DNA of 63,681 nt, counting the filler. It is 17 parts of 17 records of this genome, joined end to end, with 100 filler letters (N's around TTAATTAATTAA, not from the genome) between each part and the next. Parts side by side here need not be neighbours in the genome. Positions count along the whole stretch, not along the records: positions 24,197 to 26,458 come from SRR9188676_2204; positions 26,559 to 30,249 come from SRR9188676_2236; positions 30,350 to 33,532 come from SRR9188676_2240; positions 33,633 to 35,928 come from SRR9188676_2242; positions 36,029 to 46,591 come from SRR9188676_2243; 12 more parts are not named here. The stretch is one strand, 5' to 3'. The position numbers and the translations under genes were made by a program. Numbering within the stretch: the stretch's first letter is position 1; each line of letters opens with the position of its first letter. Positions 24,375 to 36,281 of this stretch are shown here, one piece after another. Below the pieces are notes generated by a model, which saw only the letters and a list, made by a program, of their open reading frames with translations, ran no database searches and was not told the origin of the DNA.

Positions 24375-26366
24375 CTATCCGAAGTGATTACCAGATCTGC
24401 TAGTGGCGAACACGAGCTTGACGACACCGTCCTGGCCCGGCTGCGTGTCGGCCTCGGCATCGATGATCACTGTGCTGTGGGACTGCAGCTCGTTCGAGAT
24501 CAGCATGCGCGACAGGTGGGTGCCGATCTCATGCTCAACAAAGCTGCATGTGCATGTAGGGAGTGAAGTACGTGGAGAGAGAGGTATTAGAGAGAGGGGG
24601 AGAGATGCGGGAGGGGGCGAGGTGGAGGGGGAGGGGAGGGAGGGAAGAGAATGTAGAGTGGAATCAGGAAAGCGAAAGAAAAAAATGACAATGAGAGAGG
24701 AGAGATGCAAGAAGGAGTTCCACAAACACACTCCATAAGAGTACTATATCGACCTGAGGTGAAATGAAAAACGATCTGCATTTCACCTCCTAGCTCGTTA
24801 ATGACCCCGGATGGGCCAAACTCTACTGTGCAATACTTACCGTCGCATGGGACGGGCACCATAAATAGGGTTGTAAATACTTTGCACAATGGCATCCGCA
24901 GCGCCTGGAGATATAAACGAGAGAGATAGAGAGAGCAAATAAGAATGCTTCGGATACCTGGATGGGTTTGTCAGTGTCGCGTTCTCCCCTCACTACTGGA
25001 ATGGTTTCCAAATTCCGGACAGAACCCTTTTCGCACCTAGCCGGACGTTGATTGATTGTTCGAGAGTGCACGAGCTCACAAGGAAGGATTGGATAAGTAT
25101 ATTTTCCCAGTTTGTTTAAGGTATAGTCCATGTACGCGTGCTCAGCGTTTCTAGTTGTTAATCAGTGAAACTGAGAGAAGAGAAGTTTAACCTCAAGAAT
25201 ATATTTCCTCAACCTGTCGAAATTCTGATTCCAACCACATTCATCGTGCGCAGTAGGCTGTGATGTGTGGTGCTGTGTGTGGACTATGATTAGTAGATGG
25301 CGAGCGTTGCGCTGCATGAACTACTGTGGGATGTAGACGAGGGAGAGTGTAGCGTGAGTGGGACATGGGAAACGGCTTGTATGTACGGTACGGTGTGTAG
25401 AATCATCATGTAGTGCGGAGTGTGTGAGTGAACGGATAGAGACAATGTATGGTCAGAGAGCTACAAGGCGGCCTCTCTGCGCCCAAGGCTTGGGCAGTCG
25501 TGTGTCTTGGTGGCAATTGCAAAGCGCGGAAGTGGATATCTGAGTGCGTATGTGAGTGAGTGAGAGTGAGAGTGTGACGTGACGTACGGTCGGAGAGCTG
25601 CAGGGCGACCTCTCTGTCCCCGAGGCGTTCCTGGAGCTGGGACAGGAGCACGCGCAGGATCTTGTGCAGGAACGGGCGGGTTAGCGGCGTGAACAGTGCA
25701 ATGTCATCAAGGCTGGACGTAGAGTATGAATAAGTGAGCTCGGAGCCAAGAGTCGGAATAACACAATCAAAATGGGGCGGTGTGTGTGTGACTAAGATTA
25801 GAGAAACAAAACCGACATGGATTGAAAGCGAGTGATCTTTTGCATGTTTCATCGGATCACAAACCGCTTATCAGACAAAACAGAAAAAGTTCATCGTGGT
25901 GCTGACTCCGCACTTTCTGACCTGTTGGAATAATAAAAAATAATGATCGTTTTCCCAAGGGCCAATTTCTCGCTTGGCGACGAGTTTAACCAATTGAAAT
26001 TATGTCTACCTTAACTCAGTATAGCCGCGATGATGATTGCACGGAGTAAAGACGGAAAGGGGCTTCAATTGGCGTTTACCCTCCGCAACCACGAATATTT
26101 TCTCACTTTTTCGATTCCGAAAAGGAATAAAAACAAATCCAGTCCCATCATTCGTAGCCATATTCGTACCGATTGAGGAACTCGGGGCGGAAGTGTCGCT
26201 TGACGGAGTCCATGACCTGATCGCGCGCGTTTTCTGAGATAACCCCCTCGCCCGTGATGCCGGCCAGCAGGAACTCGGACCCCAGGTTGGATGTCATGAT
26301 GATCACGGTGTTACTGAAGTCAACGGTCTTGCCCTGCCCATCAGTTAGACGCCCGTCGTCAAGAAC
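24375..26366 (-). CDS. Hsp101/Hsp104/ClpB disaggregase, C-terminal AAA+ exons (5' truncated)
   Basis: [47 protein letters not shown]..|..[24 protein letters not shown], spread over long introns. Confidence 0.93.
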
Positions 26367-26558
26367 CTGCAAAATTCGAGTTCGGAACCAAAAGAGAGAG
26401 AGTCAAAAAAATTATGTTCAGCGTTGATGGCTGTCCTTTTTTTTTTTTTTTTTTTTTTNNNNNNNNNNNNNNNNNNNNNNNNNNNNNNNNNNNNNNNNNN
26501 NNTTAATTAATTAANNNNNNNNNNNNNNNNNNNNNNNNNNNNNNNNNNNNNNNNNNNN

Positions 26559-28590
26559 GAGAAAAGGAAAAGGAAAAAGAAAAAGAGAGAGATCGAAGTC
26601 AACCGAAGCCAAAACCGCTTAAAGCGCCAGGGACACCTCAACAAGGGCCTCAGGCATCTCCCAGCTCAGCCACACCACAGACCCCACCTCTGAAACCACA
26701 CGTTGTCCCTCGCAAGAGCGGAGCTGGCTTAGAGATGGCTCTGAAAGCCATGTTCGGAAACCGTCCTACACCTACCCCTGCCCCAACTCCATCAGCTTCA
26801 CCCTCCACACCGTTGCCACCCACACCATCCACACCGACCACACCCCACTCAAGTGCATCCGCGTCAGCCACTGCCACCCTACCGTCCCTGTCACTGTCCT
26901 CGCCGTCCACCTCCGCTCCCCACTTATCTGCTCATCTCGCACATGTAGCCTCTGCATCTGCCTCAACCTCAACCCCTGCTGGACACTCTACCTCCCTGCC
27001 TCATAGTTCAAGTTTAAAACCAGCTGTGAATGGCACTCAGGTTCGGATCGTTCAACGCCTCAATCTTTCCAATTCTTTGTTGCTGATTCCTCGCCACTCG
27101 CCTCGTCATATATCCCCTTTTATTCATTTACTGTATTTCCTTTTGCTTCAGGTCAAGGCGGATCCGAGAAAGTCTGGACTTCCAGCCTCGAGCCCAACGC
27201 AGAGCACGCTGTCCATCCCCTCCCAGTCATCACAGTCATCACCTCTTACCTCAGCGCCTTCCAGTCCTTCTATTCCTCGCGCTCGTCCAGTTGCTGATCA
27301 GCCTCACACGAAACCGTCGCCAAGCAAACCCCAGTCCACCACTCCATCCACCCCATTCCTCTCCGCTCCCACAAGGACAGAATCACAAAGCTCGCTCTCA
27401 GAGCTTGTGAGTCTCGATCAGGAAAAAGAAAAAAGCCATGATCATGATCGTGACAGAAGCAAAGAGCCTGATGCTGAGAAAGAACGTGATGTTTCAAAAC
27501 CAAAAATTGTTAACTCCAATGTAAAACAGGCTCCATCCTTGCCATCCACCAAGCCCAATATTACCTCAGATAAGGATAAACCCGAGACATCAGACTCTAC
27601 AAATGGCACTGCAGCGAAGCGCTTTCATACAACACCACCTTCCACTCCTCCTTCATCCACGACCACTATTAATAGTACATCATCAACATCTCATCCTGTA
27701 GCCAGTGCTTCGGGTCTACCAAAGCTCTCGAAAGCTCAGACTCCAGTCAAACCCAGACCCCCTAGTACTCTTCCCTCCACTCCAGGATCTAAGGATTCAG
27801 ACAAGAAATATATTCCTTCTGATGCCGTTCGAATGATGAAGGAGAGAGAAAAAGGCCAAGACAAACCAGTTCGTAAACTGGAGACCAGTGATGACTCTAA
27901 ATCTGCAAGTATTGCAAGTCTAAAGAATGAGGAGAGAGAAAAGGACAAAGAGAAAGTTAAAGATCGGGAGGGAACCAAACCGGATGCTGAACCGCGCAAA
28001 AGCGTGACTGGTACTTCGAACACTAAGTCAATGAACACCTCTTCCTCCTCACCGGTTGTCAAGCGGGAGACAGATGTGAAGAAGGATCTTGATAAAAAGG
28101 ACTCTGATATGAAAAGAGAGAAACATATCCCTCCCTCTCCAGTACGTTACTTTCTGCTCTCTCTCTCTCTCTTCGTATTGACCGTCGATTGCTTCATTAT
28201 TTTCATATCCGATCTTTCAATTGGTTGTTTCGTTCGAGAGGATAACATTCCTAGGAGCGCATCATACTTCTTTGCCATTTCCGATTTTTTACAATTTTTT
28301 CTCTGGTTAGGTCCTCCCTGTCAAACCTGAGCCCAGCAGCACGAGTTCATCCTCAAGCGGTCGCGCCCAGGCAGGCACAGAGGACAGTAAGCCGAGCACG
28401 GGAATACCCACTGCCAACACTCCTACCTCCACCACTCAGCCCGCCCCTGCCCACTCGGCTAGGTCGCCTAACCGCAAGGCAAATATGCTTTCAGCGAAGG
28501 CATCTGCCTCTCGACGACCCGCCGAACTCGTGCCCTTCTCCATGAAAACTGTCGGTGACAACTCTCAAGGCGACATGGCAATCGTCTTCC
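26559..28590 (+). CDS. Low-complexity Ser/Pro/Thr/Lys-rich disordered protein (5' truncated; may continue to ~29400)
   Basis: Open exons 26559-27040, 27152-28142 and ~28311-28590 with GT-AG borders. No recognisable domain. Confidence 0.55.
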
Positions 28591-31028
28591 AGTACGTATT
28601 CCCGATAGAATACAAACACAATAGTCGGATCTGGAAAACAAAAAAAAACTAACCGACATTTTGTTTAAAGCAGACACGAGTATCATTTCTGGGGTACTAA
28701 ATTGAACCGAATTACAATCTACCCCTCTAGAATGATCATTTTTGCTCAGTACTTGGTAATGCGAGCGTTTGTTGAAAGTCTAAACCAGTCATTTTTCAAC
28801 TTGTATCACAAACTATTGAAGCGAATTTGGAGTCGTGATATTCAGCTCTGATGGAGTTGTAAATCGAACTCGAAATGATCATGTCATACACACGACGTCG
28901 GGGCAACCTACATATTTTGACCTGAGATTCTACTAAATTTCTCTTTTTGAAGAGAATAGCCCCCAAATCCCAGTGTTACCGGCTAAATACGCCTGTTCGG
29001 AGCTGCTCGCTCTTCCCGATATTGTACGAAATTAATAATCTTCCTGATGGCCCGATCAGGGAAGAACCATTTCAGCCGAAATTCTATTGGGGGAATCTAG
29101 ATGAGCTGGATAACAAGATCCTGTAGAAATACTGAAAAATGTATCCATCTGATGACCGAGGTTAGTTCCGCAACTTCGTTGATGTTTTCTTCATTCTTTC
29201 ATCCAAACCTTCTTCCCATCCGTAAATGCTCACATTTCCCTCCTCTTTTGTTCTCTGTGATTTCCCACGCTTGCAGCAAACAATCCCTCTTGCGGAAGCT
29301 TGCACTGACCTTATCCAAATACAAGAAGTCGGCCCGGCGAAAAAAACAAAAATCAGACGATTAGCTTTTGTTTTTTTAATCTATTCGTATAATTCATACT
29401 TCTTAATGATCTTATCTACTTCGTGGGCTCTTGACATTATTTGACATTCTAGTACTTTTTGAACTTTTTTATGACACACATACGATTTCCGTATTTCAAT
29501 GTACAATCGTAATGATCTATAATACGTGATTTCATCATCCTCAGAAATTTTCGATACTTCACCAACTTCACCGGGAATTCTTTTTGATCAGTGATGATTG
29601 CCTGATTTCCGGTTTGTATATGTTGCCTATAAAGACTATAAAGAACTCTCTATGTGATCTGTTAAAGAAGAACCCTCTCCTCAAATAAAAAAAATGTTCT
29701 TCAGCCTCTTGCTGCTATGCTCTCTTACATCCGCGAAATGTCAATTGGTAGGGATTCTGGCCTTCCGGATCCGAGGTCGTGTGCAGAAAGAGAAAAAAAA
29801 GGTACCAAGTACGTCCAAGTCACACTAGTCACGGATTCCGTGGAGGAATCAAGACTGTCGCGCGAGCGGCCTGGGACAGCATTACACCCGTGTACACCGT
29901 ATAGCAGCATTATACATAACTTACTATAACTTTTCATCCCCCAAACCCTAACCTGGTGTCTGGACATCCCTCGGGCCAAAGCATCTCAATAATGTTTAAT
30001 AAAATGTCAACAAAACATAAAGATCACAAAAAGCCCGGTCTGGTACGTTAGATAACTTTCAAAAACGTCACAGCAGTACACAATCCAATTAACGTTATTA
30101 GCGTTTAAAAATGTTACAAAGTTAACGATGTTCCGAAAGCTAGAGTCCTTAATAACTATTATATTAAACTGAAATATAGATTTTCTGTCCATTTAAGATG
30201 CAACGAGGCAACATATGTGGTCTGATGTTTATTAGATACTATATCTGTCNNNNNNNNNNNNNNNNNNNNNNNNNNNNNNNNNNNNNNNNNNNNTTAATTA
30301 ATTAANNNNNNNNNNNNNNNNNNNNNNNNNNNNNNNNNNNNNNNNNNNNCCACTTTATTGTTTAATAAATGTCGCGGACATTCGGAAACACGAAGATGAA
30401 GTTTCTCGAGAATTTTTCGAATGGAATAAACAACCTGCTACCACAGAATAGAGGTCTACCGGAGAGTGCAAGAATGACGATCAAACATTTAATTACTTTA
30501 GAATCAGAGAAAAATGCAAATTTGGCAGAAAATGATCAGATAATATCTGGAAATTGTGATACTAGTGATTGGTTGACATGTTGGCTTGCGGGAGATATAT
30601 TTTTGCAACTAGTGAAGAGTCCGAGTTTGGCCCAAGAAATATTCAGAGTTGAACTACATAGACTACAAATCCCAAGAGAGAGCGGAGCTAGATTCCTTTT
30701 CAGAGATCGAATGTGCAGTCAGAGGAAGTCATCCTGGAATCAGCCCTGTGAACAAAAATAAGAGAAGATAAAAGAAGAATGATATGTAGAACATGAAGAA
30801 AAAAAGAATGAAAAGAGGAAATCGGTTCAGTGGGTCCGATCAAGGCTGAAAAATAATTTCTAAATGATATTAAGGTCGAATGAAAGGGTCCGAAAGTGGT
30901 TGATATGGAGAATAAACTAATTGAGAAAAAAAAAAAAATTGTTAGTTAGGGACAAAAATAAGAACGCTTACAGGACAATCCAATATCAATAGGGTAGAAA
31001 ATCAAATGCTGGTGCAAATAAGAAGCAG

Positions 31029-32218
31029 TTATGAGAGAAGTTCGACAGACAGACAAGGGCTACAGATACGAACAAATGGACATCGGCCATCAATATTCGA
31101 AATCCGAAAAGCATGGCCTTTATCAGATCCGTTGAGCTGGAAACTGAGTGAATTCTTGTCTTTGTCAAAAATGGCGGTCAAAACCGAATCGTTGGGAATG
31201 GGACCACCAAGATATTCTTTTTTGTATTTAGGCGGATCAGTAGAACCGGTAATTAAATGACCGGTCGAACCGCTTAACCCCAGGAAACACGAAGTATCTT
31301 CCCTCGGTCGGAATGTATTGCACACAATAAATCCAACAAAGAAATCATTGTTATCTTCCTCGTACATAATTTTGACAGTGAAAGAAGTCACTCCTGGTCG
31401 AGAGCACATCGCATCAAGTGGGAAGAACCCCATGTTGTCGATCACCTTCCGATTACCATGCGTCAGAAGGAGATCGGGATGGGTGAAGACCGGATCCCAT
31501 GTTAATGAAGGCGATGAGCTTGATGGATCACAGATCTGGTCGCTCAGCCGATAGAATGAAAGCTCTTTCTGAAGAAGATCAAACTCAACCTTGGAGAGCT
31601 TGGAGGTGTCGAGGATGCCAGTGCGAAGATACTGCAGGATGATCTTGAAATATTTTGGTTCGCGGTCAATGAAGATTGCTCCTGCATGAAACAAGGGAGA
31701 AGTAGTGCATAAATATGAGCACCGTATGAGTACCTGAGAAGCATGAAACATGAAGCATTCCATCGGCGGTGAAATTAATTTTAGACGTCAGGGATAAGCG
31801 TACCCTTCTTGTCCGACCAGAAGTGCCTGCGAAGGATACCACTGAAGTAGTTTGTGGTATCTTGCTTGATTAGCGTCTCTTTAGATGCTGAGAACATCTT
31901 GCCTCCGACATTCAGATCAATTTGTTCGCAGAAATGAGTGGCCGTCGGGGATTCGGGTTTATTCTGTGCTGTCCAATCTGATGCAAGGTCCTCCTGAGAC
32001 TTTCGAAGGGATTTGAGTTCCACCAATAAATCTTTCATCATTTCGTGACTTTGATAGTTCTGAGCGGAAGCTTCAGAGATCACTTTGCAGATGAGGGCTT
32101 GAGTCTGATGATGTTGTTCCTGACTTTGGCTCAAGATATTGCTAAGAAGTTCACTTGTAATATCATTCCAATCCTCATTGGTGAATTTTCGCTTTGATCC
32201 TCTTGTCAACATTGACAT
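31029..32218 (-). CDS. KCTD-type BTB/POZ plus B30.2/SPRY-like protein
   Basis: Exons 31804-32218 and 31029-31681. BTB: IDLNVGGKMFSASKETL..YFSGIL..|GAIFIDREPKYFKIILQYLRTG. SPRY-like: LTWDP..LLLTHGNRKV..LSFQLNGSDKGHAF..PFVRI. Confidence 0.88.
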
Positions 32219-32253
32219 GTTCTTGTTTGCCTCGGAAGCTGGGCTGGGGGCAA

Positions 32254-32275
32254 ATGGCGGGAAAATGGCGGGAAA
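32254..32275 (-). promoter_or_regulatory. Tandem E2F-like sites (TTTCCCGCCAT x2)
   Basis: Perfect 11-nt direct repeat matching TTTSSCGC, 36-57 nt upstream of the ATG at 32218. Confidence 0.35.
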
Positions 32276-33705
32276 ATATGTATAACCTACTTTACCCCCC
32301 AACATTTGTCTTTTTCAAGCAGAGCTTGGTTCGAATGCACACCCTGATGATAATTGCATTTTACATCGTCTTCAAAATCCAACCAGTTTTTTCTCATGTT
32401 TCTTCTTTGTTCTTCAAGATCTCAAGCCTCGAAGGTTGACATGAAGTTCGAAGCAAAAACAAGGAGAAAGAAAGTATCTTACGAGTCGATCGTCGCATCG
32501 CCCGAGGAAAATCCAACAGCCTCGACATTCACATTACAGATGAGTGTCCCGTCATGACTTGATACAGAAGAACTCTAGTGTCAAAGAATCTGTTGGAGGA
32601 ATTCTCCGGAACAGGAATATTGGCTGGAAGATGAATCCGAATGAATCTTTTCGGGAAGGGCGCATCGCATGTCCATCAGTGGTTGCCGTGAACATCCGCT
32701 CATAGAGCACCATTAGGGCAGTTCCTCAGCCATATAGCCATATGGGTAGGTTCTCATCCATTTGACGATGGAGGTAGACCATGAAATGGCAGTGAAAGAC
32801 TGATCCAAGATCATCGACTGGAGGAGAACCGTGACACGCTCTGTTACATTTCTCTTGTGCTTTCACTTCTGTCTCCATGATCGGTTCTCTAACAATAAGA
32901 TCGAAGACGAAGAATCCCGCCCGATACGCACCATTTCAAGGGTTGACAAGGCGGAGATGTGGGTCAAAGGTGGTCCAGCGTTCTGAACTCTTTCTCCTCA
33001 CGCTTACTTCTTTCACTCCGATGATGCCTCTTCTAGAACTGCATATGCTCATGTGGCCGGATACTCAACCAGCTTCCCTCATTTTCTTTTGGGAATAATC
33101 ATACTACCAGCCTGAGCTACCTGAGTACAACCTCATCTCAGCCTTCCCGCATGCAGCAAGGGGGGCTAGAGTCGAATCGACAGTAGCAGGGAACCTGGCA
33201 GGGAATCATCTCTGTTTGTATGTGTGTTTTTTCCAGGCATATTTGTCCTCCTTTCTTCGCATTTCCTTTTTTGGTTTGTTGCAAACTGCAATAATCTATC
33301 CCCTACAACAGCTGTATCACATGCACTCTGCCCTAATTATCATGTACTTCTAACAGAGAGATAGGCGTGAGAGGTAAGTAGGAAGGATTTTTATTTCTGT
33401 CTTTGTATTCTGTTCCAACATGGAAGACAGGGTGTTCATTTAGGCACCCAAGAATGGGACAATATGTAATCAGCATACCGATATCCTACTCTACCATCAC
33501 CATCTACCATCACACCCTACCATCACACCCTANNNNNNNNNNNNNNNNNNNNNNNNNNNNNNNNNNNNNNNNNNNNTTAATTAATTAANNNNNNNNNNNN
33601 NNNNNNNNNNNNNNNNNNNNNNNNNNNNNNNNCCCACTCTTCCCTCTCTCCCTGCACTCCCCGGCTCTCCCCACTCTTCCCTCTCTCCCCGGGCTGTGTG
33701 TGCAG

Positions 33706-35338
33706 GACTGTGACACACGTGGCGCAGGCTGACCCCGAGAAGGTGGCCACGCTGCTGCACAACAACCTGCCGTACGCCAAGAGCAAGGCCGGCCCCGGCT
33801 CCTCGGCTGACTCCCGTCTCGGAATCGAGCTCAAAACTGCTCGGATGATTATCGAGGGCGCCCGCACCCTGCTGGAGGAACAGGTATCCCCGTATTCCCT
33901 CTTTCATTCACGAATTTCATCATCCGGCTTCGCACTATTGACTATTGGCAGATGTTCCTGTCTTAGTTCGGTGAGAATGATTACTTAGAATATTGAGTCA
34001 TTCTGGCTCTCACCATCAGAGGATCAGAGGTCATGAACTCAGAAAGAAAAAAAAGTGAACCTGGCGCGTTTCTCATTTGGTTAGGAGGTGTTTGGACGAT
34101 ATAGGACGATATATCCCCTGAAATACCCCTCCTGCAGTAATGCTTGTGGACGAATTCTTTTAGTTGAAATTCAACAAAAATAATCAGTAATTTCTCTTAT
34201 CCTCACTTCGAAGCAGCTTTTGCGTGAAAGCGGACCACCCCCTCCAAAATTTCCGGGAAAAAAACTTTCGATCTTTCCTCATGTAAAGAAAAAAATCATC
34301 GATTTTCTCAATCGGTTTCTACCAGGTTCTTTTTCCGGCAACTGTTATTGGCTGATTGAAAGGTAGAATCTGTCATCTCTGAATGAGGAAGATCATTACA
34401 TTACAGCCCAACCGTGCTCTGCTATTTATCTTCTTTTCTTCCTCCTGTCTCTTTGTCCTGCAGGTGCGCGACGTGACCATCCAGGCCAAGGGCATCGTGC
34501 CTTTGTCAAGTACGTTCACCTATTTTTATCTCTACTACCCTGGTTCTAGGGAGATCGGGCTCCACGTGATTATTTTGATCTCATCGTACGGGTCAATCTC
34601 TGATCTTGCGGCTGAGTACTTTCACAGGTTTTAAATGGGGGTTGGTGAGTGTTATAATCAGAAACGAATCTGTGCGTGCTATCCTGCTATGCCTGTTTCC
34701 CTCTCATTGTTTTTTTTGTACGGATGCGCGTGTATGTGGCTTGTATGTGTAAAGTGTAAGGAATAAGGATCTCTATGCAGACTGCTCCACACCCCTTCGT
34801 TTTCCCCGATTTGTCCTGATACATTGTCGACATTGATTCGGGAATTTGTGAGCTTCTTTATCCTTATGAGTCCTATTTGTATGCAGGCCGCAAATCTACA
34901 GCCACGAAGCGGCGCATCCATCAGTCTCTCATTTCCCCGACCCAATCCCCGAATGTCTCACCCCAAGAAAGGTCAGTCCAGGAGACACCATCCCCAACAT
35001 CTTAATTCCCTATCATCACGCATCATTCCACCACTCTGTTATTCCCCAGGTTACTTTCCATCGAGCCTCTCCCTATCGCACTTTGTTCGCATCTGGATCT
35101 ATCGACGGCATCCATAACTTATGAGCGCATTTATTTCTATGTTCTACGATGATATTCATCCTTTCTCTCTCTCAAAATGTATGGTGTTGCCCTGCAGTGG
35201 ACCGAAGCTAGTGTGTGTGGAGGTGGGGGCGGGAGACCTCGAGGAGCTGAGGCAGGAGTGGCTGAAGCACACCACATTCGCACTGGCTATCTTCACTACC
35301 ACCGCGCGGGGCCACTCACTCGCTGACGATTCACAGAT
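33706..35338 (+). CDS. POLQ: DNA polymerase theta internal fragment (helicase end, linker, exonuclease-like start)
   Basis: Exons 33706-33883, 34464-34509, 34887-34971 and 35198-35338 are phase-compatible. TVTHVAQADPEKVATLLHNNLPY..TARMIIEGARTLLEEQ resembles the end of the POLQ helicase domain, and LVCVEV..LRQEWLKHTTFALAI resembles the start of the exonuclease-like domain. Confidence 0.7.
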
Positions 35339-36281
35339 GTATGTCCTTAGCCCTCTGTATTGTCTGCTTATCTCTCTGCTTATGTCTCTCTGCATCTCTT
35401 ACATCTCTTACATCTCTTACTCTCCTAGCATCCATGTGCATGTCACACACGCTCTTTATTTCTCATGTACACACTACACTGTCTTTTTTTCCGCTTGACT
35501 TCTCTATTTCTGAAGGAAAGGAAAGGAACTATCCTCCCTCTGCGCCTCCAGTTATAATGTGAGACCGGTCATTCCACCAGGGCCTTATGAGAGCCAGTTG
35601 CTTCGCTTGCTTGTGCTGCAAAAGCCCGCAGCTCCTCTTCTGAACCATACACGAGCATAACTTGGATTCAGTCTGAGGAATGAGAATGAGCTTATGGTCG
35701 TTCTGTTCATGCATTCACTCGTACCCTACTTGTGATTTTCTCGAAAAAATGAAAATTATTTAGTGGTCGAGATCAGCATCTGAGGGTCTTTGGGTCCAAG
35801 GTTCTGTCTCTTGACAGAGGGCCTCATGCTATTACACTTGTAATAGGGGCTTTTTTGTGACTCTATTGAAACGAAGAACACGCATTAGTGATATAATTAT
35901 TTATTTTGACTCTGAAAATTACTCGGTGNNNNNNNNNNNNNNNNNNNNNNNNNNNNNNNNNNNNNNNNNNNNTTAATTAATTAANNNNNNNNNNNNNNNN
36001 NNNNNNNNNNNNNNNNNNNNNNNNNNNNGCGAATTAATTCGCCAGCTAATAGAAAAATACTGATTGAGGAAGCTAGTGTAGAAACAACACTTTACAATTG
36101 CCACAAACAATAAACGGCAACCACAAAGGTCACCGTTATCTTATTATAATGTGTTAGAAATACTCTATACTCTAGGCGAATTTAGAAAAACGTAAGTTTG
36201 ATGCTTACTGATAATTCCAATTAATGTCTTTGATGTGTTATTCAGTATAAGCCTCAAAAAATAGTATTTATAGCTAATTGA

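Noticed and set aside
32930-33100. Minus-strand frame with several TGA/TAA codons as a CpG-decayed pseudogene
   Set aside because: No recognisable protein; indistinguishable from chance.
33488-33532. CACCCTACCATCA-type units as telomeric or CRISPR repeats
   Set aside because: Only 2-3 degenerate units with no spacers; simple repeat at a contig break, like the (GA)n, poly-G and poly-T ends elsewhere.
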